A model generated the notes under the pieces. It was not told the origin of the DNA and ran no database searches. It was given only the letters and a program-made list of their open reading frames with translations. A program made the translations under genes and the position numbers. From positions 8,859 through 72,858 of IMG/VR virus record IMGVR_UViG_3300043466_001759: a stretch of DNA of 64,000 nt; one strand, 5' to 3'. The number at the start of each line of letters is the position of its first letter. Position 1 is the first letter of the stretch. Positions 46,588 to 56,941 of the stretch are shown in pieces. This stretch comes from a virus.

Positions 46588-47226
46588 CTATACATATTGC
46601 AAGTAAATGTCCCCATCGACCCCGCCGCTTGGTGCTGCTGTACCGGAAGTGATGGTTTTCTGACCATCGGTGATTCCGTAGCCAACCAAGGTAGTCGGCG
46701 TGCTGGTAATCGTGCTCCACGCTTGATCATGTGCTATCGGAGTTCTAGCATCGCTTAGTCGGCTGTCATTCCCTTGACAAAACGTATTCGCTGTAGTTCC
46801 GAATGATCCTACTTGGATTACCCCTGAAGCCCCAGTAATAAGCGGCAAGTTGGCTGTCGATCCGATTGCACCGGCATTGGTTATGTTACCGTGAATATGC
46901 GAAGCCGGTGTAAACGTAGAAGGAATACCACTCAATGAACCATAAGCCCCGTTGAAATTACTGGTTCCTGCTCCGATAGTAGCTCGCGTTGCTTCGGCAT
47001 CTGCTTGCGTAAGCAAGCCTCTGCCGAATACAGTAGTAGTCAGCATGGCAATTGCAGTAAGATCCGCATCGACAGGCTGCGCATCAGTAATGCCATAGCC
47101 AACGAGCGTTGTAGGTGTGCTGGTAATCGTGCTCCACGCTTGGTTATGGGCTTCTGGCGGTCTAGTAGGCCAAGTACGAGTGACTATACCTGCGGCATCC
47201 TGAGAGACTATTGGATATTCGATCAT
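46588..47226 (-). CDS. tail fibre protein with phage tail repeats
   Basis: Two copies of H.QAWSTITSTPTTLVGYGITD; GNDSRLSDARTP; SGGVDGDIYLQY. Confidence 0.75.
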   Translation of the reverse strand: MIEYPIVSQDAAGIVTRTWPTRPPEAHNQAWSTITSTPTTLVGYGITDAQPVDADLTAIAMLTTTVFGRGLLTQADAEATRATIGAGTSNFNGAYGSLSGIPSTFTPASHIHGNITNAGAIGSTANLPLITGASGVIQVGSFGTTANTFCQGNDSRLSDARTPIAHDQAWSTITSTPTTLVGYGITDGQKTITSGTAAPSGGVDGDIYLQYV

Positions 47227-48899
47227 GCTAGCCTCACAATCATGTGGCCGTTATTCGAAGCTGTATTGATCTGCAATGTCTTATTGGTCGTATCGGTTGA
47301 GACAAGCGACCCTCGGAATGCCCGAACCGCTGTTGCAGTTAGATCTGCCAAGTAATCTGGTAAAGTCACTGACACGTTGCCAGTAGAAGTTGTCCAAGCA
47401 AAGTAAACCAGCCAGGAATCCTCGGAACGAACAAACGTCCAGAAATCTATTCCGCTAACAGGAGGAGTCCAACGCCTATGACTGCGCATCTTGAAGGTAC
47501 GGAATTGCGACAGAGCGGTGTCAATCGAGAAGTTCATTGGATAAAACTTTCGGCTTGTTGGCGCAATTCTCAAAAACTCTTTACAGTGGCTCGTTCTTGT
47601 AGCTGGAACAAGATCTCCGAAGGTAGGATCGAAAGCTGCTAAATGAGCTGAAGTCCAACCGCTAACAGAACCAGTACCAGGGGCAGCAAACTGAATAACG
47701 TGGTCAGGGATCGTACCTGCAATGAGAGTAGCATTTTCCATCGTCATGTCGGTGCCGCTTGCCGTTGTTAACGGCTGTGGCGTATTGTAGTCTATGGTTG
47801 GATTTGCTACACCATTGACCGTTGTTCCAGTGAACGTAATTGGGGCTATACCAGGAACCCATACGTGTAAGTTTTGGGAGCCAACTAATCCTAGTAAAGG
47901 ATTGTATTGGATATTCCCAGCATCGTTCATTCGCAGACCACTAGCAAGGAGTCTTGCGTTATCTTCAATGCTCAGTTGGCACCAAGGAAACCAAGTGTAC
48001 TGAATCGTCCTCGTCCACATACTGCCTAAAGCCGCATCAGTCCACCTAGCCGCCGATCCTGTCGTCGTAAAGTAGGTATAGGCGTTTCGCAGATCAGGAA
48101 CTCGCGTGTACTCAATGATATCGAGCCGTGTTCCATTAACCAACCGACCTGGAACGAGGGGTTCTCCGTCGATCAGGAACTCTTGCCGTAAGTCAGCACA
48201 AGCTGTAGGGCCGAAGAACGAATCAGTATAAGCCGCAGTCCATCCAGATTGGTCTGTCAAGCCATCCATCCCAGTAAGCGTAGAGCCACCAGCAGGTAAG
48301 TATCGAGTAAAACCGCTGTCACCAATCAACGTAATTGGTTGCTGGGCAAGCCAAAAGACTGACGAACTAATAATGTTCGTTACGACATACATCCGACTAT
48401 CTGAGCCTTGGAATCGCTTTCCGATGTCCGCAGTCGTTAATCCGTGTCCAGCTTTAGTAACGGAAACAATTTCCATGGAGTGTGCTCCACCAGCCCGCCC
48501 GTTACCAGCAGTCAGGTAGCCCATCGTCTCGTCCTGGAATGACGCAATCGAAGTGATTGTGGGTGTTCCGCCGTATTCGCTCGTATTGCTGACCGTACCA
48601 AGTTCATCGAAGATAAAGCAAGGATTGGTCGTCGTCGCGTTCCTGCGCATATTGCAGACAAGATCTAACGTCGAGTTGAAAGGCATCCTGACATAGATCT
48701 CACCATCACCATTGTCCCACACCCACAAAGTAGGCAACGGGGTATTAGAGTTGTGCAGCCAAGTTTTCCAGGCTGCTTGCCCCTGAGCCGTTGGAATCGC
48801 CGAGGAGCCAGTATTGTTGAGCAATGCAGTATTGGCAGCGATTGGGCCAAGACTCCCCCCCTCAACATCAGTATTAACCCCGACGATTATTTGACTCAT
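47223..48899 (-). CDS. virion-associated beta-rich protein (receptor-binding candidate)
   Basis: Position and T/G/S-rich composition. Confidence 0.55.
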   Translation of the reverse strand: MSQIIVGVNTDVEGGSLGPIAANTALLNNTGSSAIPTAQGQAAWKTWLHNSNTPLPTLWVWDNGDGEIYVRMPFNSTLDLVCNMRRNATTTNPCFIFDELGTVSNTSEYGGTPTITSIASFQDETMGYLTAGNGRAGGAHSMEIVSVTKAGHGLTTADIGKRFQGSDSRMYVVTNIISSSVFWLAQQPITLIGDSGFTRYLPAGGSTLTGMDGLTDQSGWTAAYTDSFFGPTACADLRQEFLIDGEPLVPGRLVNGTRLDIIEYTRVPDLRNAYTYFTTTGSAARWTDAALGSMWTRTIQYTWFPWCQLSIEDNARLLASGLRMNDAGNIQYNPLLGLVGSQNLHVWVPGIAPITFTGTTVNGVANPTIDYNTPQPLTTASGTDMTMENATLIAGTIPDHVIQFAAPGTGSVSGWTSAHLAAFDPTFGDLVPATRTSHCKEFLRIAPTSRKFYPMNFSIDTALSQFRTFKMRSHRRWTPPVSGIDFWTFVRSEDSWLVYFAWTTSTGNVSVTLPDYLADLTATAVRAFRGSLVSTDTTNKTLQINTASNNGHMIVRLA

Positions 48900-48940
48900 A
48901 CCTAAACCCCTGGCTTAAGAGCATCCGAACGAAACAACGA

Positions 48941-49264
48941 TCAGGCGTCTTTTCGATGCCTTTGATTGTCTATTTCGTGCGAATACTGCGTTCCGTCGAC
49001 ATTTATCGTTTCAATACGCTTCTTCAGTGTCGCGATCTCAAACTTGTTGACTTCGCAAGCGGCAAAAAGCTCGAACCTATCCCTTTCGCACTTTTCAGCC
49101 TTAGTCTCGGTAGCTGCAACTTTTTCTTCCAGCCTTGCAATTGCTTTCGAGTTTTCGTTTTCACGCATCTTAAACAATGTAGCGACCGCACCTGCTAATA
49201 CTGACACAATGCCACCTACTCCCGCTAGAACCCACCCTAGTAATGACGAGTCGTTTGTACTCAA
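48941..49264 (-). CDS. single-TM + coiled-coil protein (holin-like)
   Basis: Hydrophobic N-terminus LLGWVLAGVGGIVSVLAGAVATLF followed by a coiled coil. Confidence 0.5.
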   Translation of the reverse strand: MSTNDSSLLGWVLAGVGGIVSVLAGAVATLFKMRENENSKAIARLEEKVAATETKAEKCERDRFELFAACEVNKFEIATLKKRIETINVDGTQYSHEIDNQRHRKDA

Positions 49265-49345
49265 TTTAGATCGTCTTTCTAATAAAACAGTTTACAAGCC
49301 ATCCAACCCCTAACCTTTTATTGGATGACGAACAAAAAGAAAAAC

Positions 49346-49372
49346 GTCCAGGGAGCGATATGCCCCCTGGAC
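49346..49372 (-). terminator. intrinsic terminator
   Basis: gtccaggg...ccctggac stem followed by a T-tract on the minus strand. Confidence 0.6.
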
Positions 49373-49387
49373 TAAAGAAAACCGCTA

Positions 49388-50239
49388 TTAGAGGTTTTGA
49401 GCACAGGCGATCCAGTCAACTTTCATGTTAAGCGCCGACGCAGATCCAGCGACGTCCTTGATCGCAATAACAGGAGTCATCAAGGTGGTGCTTGGGAACA
49501 GAACGCTTGCCACCTGGGATGATGTCAACCGAGCTGGCGCTGCAGCAGATCCAGCTAGAACGCCGTTCACGAACCACTCAACAGTTTGCGGAGCCGCACG
49601 ATAACGGAATCCAAGCTTAACGAAACCATTGACCGTCAAGGTGGCCAAGTTCAGAAGCCTTGTGTTGGTCGAACCGTTTTGAACAGCCTGACCAACAGCT
49701 CGATAAGCCCCTGAAACGCCAGAAGAAGCAGCAGACAGCTTATTGAAGCCAACAAAGCTAGTGTCAGCCAAAATACCAGTGGTATCAGTCAAAAGACCGT
49801 CCGTAGCACCAGCTCCAACAACAGCCAATCCTACGGCCCAGGAGTGCAAAGCAGTCGTGATGCTACTAACGTTCAATCGAGTTTCGAAAACAAGATCGTT
49901 TCCTGAAAACTGGAACGGAGCTCCAAGCCCACGACCCCATTGAAGGATAGCCTCATCGTTGGCAGCGTTTCCGTCAATTGCCAACTGAATCAAACCCTTT
50001 TCAGTCGCGGTGTCGGCGATCTGCTCAACAGTACATCCTGTACCTTCTACAATCCGATACGGTCCTTCTGCTGTCGTAGCATGGAACGAGTGAAAGTTGT
50101 CATAGAAACCAAACGATGGGTTTCCAGACTGGCTGATAGACGCTCCACCAGCAGGGCCGAATGATGTTGGAGGTGCAAAACCTCTCCACAACCTTCCAGA
50201 TGGTAGGTACGGAATATTTAGCTCGTCGTAAGTAATCAC
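49388..50239 (-). CDS. putative capsid decoration/minor structural protein
   Basis: Directly after the capsid gene; lectin-like beta sandwich ending MKVDWIACAQ. Confidence 0.55.
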   Translation of the reverse strand: MITYDELNIPYLPSGRLWRGFAPPTSFGPAGGASISQSGNPSFGFYDNFHSFHATTAEGPYRIVEGTGCTVEQIADTATEKGLIQLAIDGNAANDEAILQWGRGLGAPFQFSGNDLVFETRLNVSSITTALHSWAVGLAVVGAGATDGLLTDTTGILADTSFVGFNKLSAASSGVSGAYRAVGQAVQNGSTNTRLLNLATLTVNGFVKLGFRYRAAPQTVEWFVNGVLAGSAAAPARLTSSQVASVLFPSTTLMTPVIAIKDVAGSASALNMKVDWIACAQNL

Positions 50240-50306
50240 TTTGTTTTTTCCTTTTCAAGAAGATTGCGGGATATCTCAGCTTTGGGTGAGCGTTTTCCCA
50301 GTAAAG

Positions 50307-50337
50307 TTGGGGGCGATATTTAACGCCTCGCCCCCAA
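50307..50337 (-). terminator. hairpin/terminator after the capsid gene
   Basis: ttgggggcga...tcgcccccaa stem. Confidence 0.55.
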
Positions 50338-50369
50338 AGGCTTTTAAGTTACTGACTCTATGTCAGTAA

Positions 50370-51488
50370 TTACGCAGTTTCCGTCACTGCTTGTGTGCAG
50401 TAACCACGGAAGTTAGCTCGACGATTGAAGCAAACCATTTGCACCGAATCGTCCATGCAGCGAACGCGAACGTTGCTCATTTCTGGGTGTTGGAACGCTT
50501 TTCGCTTACGCATTTGCCGACCAGCAGCGTAGTAAGCTCGGAACGTCGACCAGTTAACACCGAGAATGACACCGTCAGTGCGCTGATTGACGCTCGCAGC
50601 ATTCGTCCAAGCTGGAACCCAGTTCAAAGGAACGCCTCGAACGTAAACGTTTCCGCTGTACTTCGCGACATCCTCTCCGATGTTGTCATTGCCCAGCTGC
50701 AGCAATTGACGCAAACGTGCCAAAACGCTGTAAGTTGTCAACAACTCCCAGTCCATTCGTTTTTGGTCAACAATGTCTGGACGTTGAACAGGAGGAGTGA
50801 AGCTACAAAGATCCATCGAAGTGATGACTTCTTCAACAAAGTCGCTTCGGCTGATCTGAGTGTAGGGGAACGTTCGGTTACGCCATTGTGGGTAATCTCG
50901 GCAGGAGATGCCACCAACGCCGTTATTTTGCCATCCAACAGGCTCAAATCCGTTGAAGCCCTTTGCTGCATTGTTTTCCGAAACGCTATCCTGAGTGGCA
51001 GTGATCCACCACAGAAGCGATGCAACAGAGAATGGAGACTGAGTAGGACCAGTCGGACCAGGACCAAACACCAGATCTTCCATTCCAGTGTAGAACGAGG
51101 TCATAAGATCTCGCTCCAGATCCTCGATGTAATCGTAGATCTGACGTCCACCGGTTCGGAAAATTTCCTCGTCGATGTCGTAGTGGTAGTTGTTAGTGGT
51201 CAACGCCCACTTCATTTCGCCTTGATCCAGGGTGTTAACCCGAGTCGAGGAGTCTCGGTGGTAAAGACCGACCGTCTGGAAGTTGTCGTTGGTGTTAACC
51301 TTAACTTTCCACTTGCACTCCGATGTGCTCATGGTGTCTTTCTTCAGGTTGCCTGAGAAAAGACGTGACGCATACTTGTAATCTTGCAAAGGCAAGGACA
51401 AGTCCTGCGCTGCCAAACGATCTTCGCCTGCAAACTTCTGATGAATGCTTGCTACGAAGTCGTCAATTTGTTCGATCGATAAAGCCAT
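50370..51488 (-). CDS. major capsid protein
   Basis: 372 aa; follows portal and acidic scaffold; downstream hairpin. Confidence 0.75.
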   Translation of the reverse strand: MALSIEQIDDFVASIHQKFAGEDRLAAQDLSLPLQDYKYASRLFSGNLKKDTMSTSECKWKVKVNTNDNFQTVGLYHRDSSTRVNTLDQGEMKWALTTNNYHYDIDEEIFRTGGRQIYDYIEDLERDLMTSFYTGMEDLVFGPGPTGPTQSPFSVASLLWWITATQDSVSENNAAKGFNGFEPVGWQNNGVGGISCRDYPQWRNRTFPYTQISRSDFVEEVITSMDLCSFTPPVQRPDIVDQKRMDWELLTTYSVLARLRQLLQLGNDNIGEDVAKYSGNVYVRGVPLNWVPAWTNAASVNQRTDGVILGVNWSTFRAYYAAGRQMRKRKAFQHPEMSNVRVRCMDDSVQMVCFNRRANFRGYCTQAVTETA

Positions 51489-51504
51489 TTGGCAAACCCT
51501 TTAT

Positions 51505-52464
51505 TTATGACCTCGAAAGTTCCGCGTAGAGGCGATCCGCTTCAGTTCTCGGATCATCGCTCGGAGGCAACGGCTTGACCGAGCTTCCACCCAGTCGCAA
51601 GTTGCTCATCTTCGAAACTTTTTGAGTTTGTTGTTTAAGTTTCTTCTTCATGAAATCTTCCGCATAGACCATATTGGCTACGCGACTGACTAACTGATCG
51701 GTCAGCTCTACTGGTCGCCCCAGACGCTCCAGACCTATCATCTGCGCCCTGACTGCAACGTGCAGATCACGACGTCGTTCGAGCTCCTTCTCTGACTCCT
51801 TACCAGTCTTGCCAAACAAATCGGCATGACCAAGAGAATCAACAAAGCTGTCGAACTTCTGCTCTTCCGTTTGAACGCTAACTTCTTGAAACTTTGACTC
51901 TAAAGTCCTGAGACGCGATTCGTAGTGATCTCGCATTCTTTCGAACTCGCCAACAATCTCATCGTCGTAGATATCCTTGTCTAAGGACACTCTGTAGCGA
52001 CCATCAGAATCAACAGGTTGCTCTTCTTCCTTTTTGGCAAACTGACCTTTCTCGTTGCGAGTCTTGTCATCACCTGTTTCAGAGAGAGCCTTTCGGCCAG
52101 CCTCCAAAGCAGTCTTGTCAAAAAGACGTAAAGCTCTATCCAACTCTTCGCGACTAGAGAACTCTGCCAAATCAGCATCATTCAGACCGTACGCGGCCAC
52201 CTCGGCTTTAACCTTATCGTTCACCCACTTCGGGAGAACAGATTTATCGCCGGAATTGTCAACGGAACTATCATCGTCAACGGGTTCACTGCTGGAATTA
52301 TCATCAGCAGATGTTTCGGTTGCTGACGAGGTGTCAGCTACTATTTCAGCATCGGACTTTCGCTCACCCATGCGCTCTTGCTCTACTTCCTTGGCAACAG
52401 CATCAGCATAGGAAGCGATTTCTTCGCTTGTCATGTTTTCGTTTAATTCTAATTCTGTACTCAT
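51505..52464 (-). CDS. capsid scaffolding protein
   Basis: Acidic N-terminus, RNEKGQFAK motif, helical; precedes the capsid gene. Confidence 0.7.
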   Translation of the reverse strand: MSTELELNENMTSEEIASYADAVAKEVEQERMGERKSDAEIVADTSSATETSADDNSSSEPVDDDSSVDNSGDKSVLPKWVNDKVKAEVAAYGLNDADLAEFSSREELDRALRLFDKTALEAGRKALSETGDDKTRNEKGQFAKKEEEQPVDSDGRYRVSLDKDIYDDEIVGEFERMRDHYESRLRTLESKFQEVSVQTEEQKFDSFVDSLGHADLFGKTGKESEKELERRRDLHVAVRAQMIGLERLGRPVELTDQLVSRVANMVYAEDFMKKKLKQQTQKVSKMSNLRLGGSSVKPLPPSDDPRTEADRLYAELSRS

Positions 52465-52476
52465 ATCAACCTCTGT

Positions 52477-52815
52477 TTAAGCATCTCCATAACCACCATC
52501 CATGTCGTGCATGTTCACGCCACGGATCTCATTCAACGTCCGAATCAACTGATTCCTGCCTCTGCGGCTAGTAATCCTCATCTGGCCGTTATCCATAACC
52601 TTTACACCCTGGATGCCTTCTCGTTCGATCATCTTTCGCATCTCAGGAACTTGGCTTCTAACGCAACCAAGACTGTCAGATATCAACGGATCATGCTCGG
52701 TGTACGTGTTAGCTGTCATGGCTGGCCCGTCCAACCAGTTAGCTTTTTTAGGCATAAGCTTGTCCAGCTCTTCGGCTGTGACGGTTTTGCCTTTGTATTT
52801 CCTTGCTATCTTCAT
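52477..52815 (-). CDS. hypothetical head-module protein
   Basis: ATGA overlap with the portal gene; SDSLGC...QVPE motif. Confidence 0.65.
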   Translation of the reverse strand: MKIARKYKGKTVTAEELDKLMPKKANWLDGPAMTANTYTEHDPLISDSLGCVRSQVPEMRKMIEREGIQGVKVMDNGQMRITSRRGRNQLIRTLNEIRGVNMHDMDGGYGDA

Positions 52816-54602
52816 CCCATTCCCTGTAGCATTGAATTTCGTTGTTGAGAATTAACTTGCGGCTTACCGCCCATCAATGTTTGTATCAAGGCGTTGTTCC
52901 TGGCCTGCTCAGTGCCGCCGCCGCTAACGTTCTTGCGAATAGTCTCTCGAGTTGTATGAGGAGACTGGCGAATAGAATTTTCATCGCCACCAAGCATCCC
53001 GTTGGAGTTAGCGAACGTAATGAACTTTTTAAATTCCGGCCTGTTCTTCAGTCTGGCAATTTCTTCGACGATAGCTTCGGCATCAAGGGTTGCTCCCGCA
53101 GCCTGGAACATTGGCCACAACGGAGCGAGCTCTCGCATAATCTGAAAGACTTCCTGGAGCTTCTGCTCTGGTGTCGTAAACACCATTGAGTACGGCTCGA
53201 CTCTGAACTCGTAGTCTTCGAACGCTCCAACTCTGTAGTCTGGCGTCCAGCTGGATCCGAGGCGAATTCCAGACTTGCCAACCGGAATAGAAGTCTGCAA
53301 CTCAAGAGTTTGATCCTCCCACATGAGCCTCCCAAGATCCAATATGCAGTCAGAAGCAAAGGAGACCACGGCCATCCTCATGTCTGCTACGTTTCTCGAT
53401 AAGTTGCCATGAATCAACTCTTCTTGGCCCACAGTAGAAGCTTGAGACCCGAGTCCACCCATAGCTTGAAGGTTTCCTGCAAACCGATCGTATTCACCCT
53501 GAAGGAACGTAGACAGGGCCATGTCTCTCTGGTCGACACCGCCCATCTCATACTGCTTAATCTGCTCAGGAGACTTGCCTTGAATCCAACTGTTCCTTTT
53601 TGCCGTCCGCAAATTATTAGCGTCGTTTTCCATTCCAGGTGGATAAACATTCACCACTCTATGGGCATCCGAGTCTTCTTCCATGCGACGATGCAATCTA
53701 TTCTGCAAGTCGTGCATGCCCTTCAGGTTTATCGCTGGAGATGTTGGCATGACATTGTCAGGAGTATCACCTAGCGAAAGGAACTTGTATGGCCCTGCTT
53801 GTGACCCAACCCAATCTCGCTCTATCAATGGAAGCAAGTCGGCTTGATCACACGCCATGGTGACAATGGAATTGTTTTCAGCAATCCACACGTCCATCAG
53901 CCAAACCATATCTTTCAAGTCGTCATCCTCAGCAGTACCAGATTCGGACGCGATGTCTCGAACTGCCCCTGTAGTGTCGTGATGACTTCTGTTTGTTGGC
54001 TTAAGCTTTTCCTTTGCTTTTTTGTTGTACCCAGGCTCATCCATGACCTTTTCGTAATCTGCGCGATAGCGATGTCCGCAGTATCGCATCTTGGTCAGCT
54101 CCTTGGCCGACATGTCAAGAATAAGATCATCCAACGAAACTCGGTTAAACCATGGCTCACCTGGATCTAACCAAACATCCTCTTCAGATTCCAAAAGACC
54201 ATGAAAGCGAGTATCAGTGTCTCGCATCATTACAACGCCACACCCGATACAAAAGAACGCGTCAAGCAATATTGCTCGGAACGTCTTGTCGAGAGACATG
54301 TCGCTAATGAGCTTGTTAAGATTAACCTCAAAACGATTTGCAAACGCCAACGAAGCATCGTTTGGAGTCGACACCATAACCCTAGGGTTGTTGGCAGCAA
54401 GGGCGACGGTATAGATCCGCGCCGTTTGGTTCATCAGATTGACCAGAGTCTTATTGTCCGCACCAGACTGAGAGTACCAAGAACCAACATAGTCCTTGAT
54501 AAGCTCTTTGCGGACTCGACGAAAAGGCTCCAAAGCATCTCGCGAAGATTTGATTGCTTTGTAGAGTCTAGCTCGTTTTTCGTCGTTAGATAAATCAAAC
54601 AT
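52812..54602 (-). CDS. portal protein
   Basis: 596 aa after the terminase; P22/podovirus-like portal features and Q-rich tail. Confidence 0.8.
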   Translation of the reverse strand: MFDLSNDEKRARLYKAIKSSRDALEPFRRVRKELIKDYVGSWYSQSGADNKTLVNLMNQTARIYTVALAANNPRVMVSTPNDASLAFANRFEVNLNKLISDMSLDKTFRAILLDAFFCIGCGVVMMRDTDTRFHGLLESEEDVWLDPGEPWFNRVSLDDLILDMSAKELTKMRYCGHRYRADYEKVMDEPGYNKKAKEKLKPTNRSHHDTTGAVRDIASESGTAEDDDLKDMVWLMDVWIAENNSIVTMACDQADLLPLIERDWVGSQAGPYKFLSLGDTPDNVMPTSPAINLKGMHDLQNRLHRRMEEDSDAHRVVNVYPPGMENDANNLRTAKRNSWIQGKSPEQIKQYEMGGVDQRDMALSTFLQGEYDRFAGNLQAMGGLGSQASTVGQEELIHGNLSRNVADMRMAVVSFASDCILDLGRLMWEDQTLELQTSIPVGKSGIRLGSSWTPDYRVGAFEDYEFRVEPYSMVFTTPEQKLQEVFQIMRELAPLWPMFQAAGATLDAEAIVEEIARLKNRPEFKKFITFANSNGMLGGDENSIRQSPHTTRETIRKNVSGGGTEQARNNALIQTLMGGKPQVNSQQRNSMLQGMG

Positions 54603-54644
54603 CCGGTTGTCACAAAAAACGGCATTTCTGCCTGATTGTTACGA

Positions 54645-54909
54645 CCGGGTTCTAACTCCGAATCTTAAATGGCTTCTTACAGAACAACTAACTTTACGTC
54701 AGCTGCTTACTTTTGGTTTGCAGGTTTAACTGCAGTACTCAGGTTCAATTTCGCGTGAGACAAGTTTAAAACTGCCTGCGACAAGTGTAACGCCTTCTGG
54801 GAATCATGAGCACTGGCAGCAACCATGTCCGCCACCTTACCCACTGCCGCATCAATCTTCTCACCGTTGTCTTGGTTCATATTTTACTTCCAGGTTCTAA
54901 CTCTGAATC
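54645..54909 (-). repeat. 20-nt direct repeat pair (54645-54664, 54890-54909)
   Basis: ccgggttctaactccgaatc vs ccaggttctaactctgaatc (18/20 identical). Confidence 0.8.
54707..54880 (-). CDS. 57-aa helical protein (absent from ORF track)
   Basis: MNQDNGEKIDAAVGKVADMV...ALHLSQAVLNLSHAK. Confidence 0.6.
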   Translation of the reverse strand: MNQDNGEKIDAAVGKVADMVAASAHDSQKALHLSQAVLNLSHAKLNLSTAVKPANQK

Positions 54910-54923
54910 GGACTGACTCAATG

Positions 54924-56831
54924 TCAGTATCTTCTAATTACATCTCGTATTCCATAGCTTGGTGCGCCGGAATTACTAGATTTCTGCTCCTGCAGCTCTC
55001 GCCACCTGAAGCTTCCATATTCGGGATTCTGCCCTGTTTCTTCATCATTGTCAACTTTTGCAACTTCTTTATCTTTGGAATAAACAAGCCATACGCCAGC
55101 TGAGGAGATCACTCTGTCACCGTGGTTCTTTTCTTTTGCACCCTTGTTTTTTGTTGGTGCGTGAATGATTTTCCCACCGTCCCATTCGTATTCCGAGCAC
55201 TCCGCAAGCATTTCTGCCGACCTGGGAATAAACTTTCCTTTTTCCATGGCCAATGCGAATTGCTCAAACATGTCGGCCTTGTCCGCGTCTCGACATGGGA
55301 ACCCGACCTTTCGACTTTTCTTTTGTGAGCCAAGTTGCATTGTCTCTCGAAAATAGACGTTTCCGTAACGGCATACATCCATGACCTCTTGTGCGAATCC
55401 ACTCGACACTCCCGAGTCTTCCCAGCCTAGAAGAGCATTGCGGAGCCAAAGACATAAACCAACTGCTCTCCTAGCAAACGCTCTTGGTTCAATCCCCTTA
55501 ATAACGTACTCCATTATTTGCTCATTAGTACGATCGTCGAAGCCTTCTGCAACCGAGTTTGACGAGTAAGCTCCTGTTCCACCGCTTGCTATGTCGCATG
55601 CAACTGTAAATGGTCCCAATGGAGGACTGTCGTCGATCCCTGGTCTAAACCAAAGCGACAACGGCCCGTCCTCTCGAGACAGCAATCCTGTCAACTTTAA
55701 AGTTTCAGCGTCGAAAATCGGAACTCCTCTCCAAACCGGTGGCTTAGCGTGTTTCATTTTCATTTCATCCAGCAACACTGTCTGGAATACTTTGCCAACT
55801 GCGCCCTTCGGATTCCTGTCAAGCTGCGAGGCGATCAACTGAGGCCTAGCTGTTTTCCGTAAGCAACGCATGTCATACCAGGGCGATCGAACAACGCCTT
55901 CGTACTTGTAACCTTTTCGTTCCAGGTTCTCTCGCAACAAAGGATTGTTCTTGTGATACTCAGCAACAGCACTGGCGTCCTCAGGCTTCATCGCAACTGG
56001 AACATTCTCTTTGACTATGTAAGCGTGCTTCGAATGAACTGGATGATCCTTCCAGTCCAATATTAAATGCCAACCACCCTCCACTGTTCCAGCTTCGCAC
56101 GCTTCGTGAAACACTCCTTGATCTATGTAACGCGCCGAGACCAATCGAAGATAGTTAGTAACGTCGTGCAAGCTTTCCATGACCGCGTAATCTTTGCCTG
56201 CTGACACGAAGTCTTTAGCTCCAGCTTCGTCCATCGTAAAAACTGTTGCCCGCCCACCAGCTGCAACGTCCTGACCTGCTGAGTATCCCTTTAGCAGCGA
56301 TCCGTTTTCCTTGTTCTCAAATGTGTGCTGGCTTAGGTTTCGTTCGTACTTGGGCTGCATCCAAACAGGAAGCATGTTAATAGCAAACTGAACTTTCCAT
56401 AACACAGTGTCGGAGTCAGTCTTGCTATCAACCAGATCAGCGTTACGAGTCACGTAGCCAGCTGAAAACATCGTGTCCTTCAGCCATCTTCTGAGATCTA
56501 CCCAGAGATAACCAAACGTCCCTCCCTGAGCTCGAGCTTTATCTACCAGAACGTCTAAGGTGTTACCTTCTTGGGTATGCTCGAAAGCCTCATCAAGCTT
56601 TCGAAACACTTTCTCCTGGTGAACGTAGGGAATAAACGGAACGACTTTGTGCTTGGCTCGCGGATCATACCCCCAGCAAACAGCTGCCATGAAAAAACAG
56701 ACGTCTTCCATGCAAGCAGTCCAGAAAGCATTTCTAAAATGCTTGTCGACCAGAGCTCGCTCCCGGCAGCGAATCCTCCATTGAAGATTCTTGATCGGGT
56801 CTTTCGGGATTAAGTCATACAGTGACGCCAT
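54924..56831 (-). CDS. terL: terminase large subunit
   Basis: DKARAQGGTF Walker A-like, FTMDEAG Walker B, ACDIASG RNase H Asp, HGDRVIS. Confidence 0.88.
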   Translation of the reverse strand: MASLYDLIPKDPIKNLQWRIRCRERALVDKHFRNAFWTACMEDVCFFMAAVCWGYDPRAKHKVVPFIPYVHQEKVFRKLDEAFEHTQEGNTLDVLVDKARAQGGTFGYLWVDLRRWLKDTMFSAGYVTRNADLVDSKTDSDTVLWKVQFAINMLPVWMQPKYERNLSQHTFENKENGSLLKGYSAGQDVAAGGRATVFTMDEAGAKDFVSAGKDYAVMESLHDVTNYLRLVSARYIDQGVFHEACEAGTVEGGWHLILDWKDHPVHSKHAYIVKENVPVAMKPEDASAVAEYHKNNPLLRENLERKGYKYEGVVRSPWYDMRCLRKTARPQLIASQLDRNPKGAVGKVFQTVLLDEMKMKHAKPPVWRGVPIFDAETLKLTGLLSREDGPLSLWFRPGIDDSPPLGPFTVACDIASGGTGAYSSNSVAEGFDDRTNEQIMEYVIKGIEPRAFARRAVGLCLWLRNALLGWEDSGVSSGFAQEVMDVCRYGNVYFRETMQLGSQKKSRKVGFPCRDADKADMFEQFALAMEKGKFIPRSAEMLAECSEYEWDGGKIIHAPTKNKGAKEKNHGDRVISSAGVWLVYSKDKEVAKVDNDEETGQNPEYGSFRWRELQEQKSSNSGAPSYGIRDVIRRY

Positions 56832-56855
56832 GTCAGTAACCTATGGACATAAAAA

Positions 56856-56885
56856 TAGGCCGCGTGTCAGGAGTCACGCGACCTA
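56856..56885 (-). terminator. putative terminator
   Basis: tagg.cgcgtg...cacgcg.ccta stem followed by TTTTT on the minus strand. Confidence 0.5.
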
Positions 56886-56941
56886 AATTGGAGATTTGCT
56901 CGTGAGAGCAGCTGTTAACTTTATCAAAACCGATTTTCATG

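Noticed and set aside
46660-47150. Possible DGR template/variable repeat pair in the fibre gene
   Set aside because: Both copies are in-frame tail repeats differing mainly at synonymous sites, and there is no reverse transcriptase in the window.
50391-51356. 321-aa plus-strand ORF
   Set aside because: Antisense shadow of the capsid gene with no motif or RBS.
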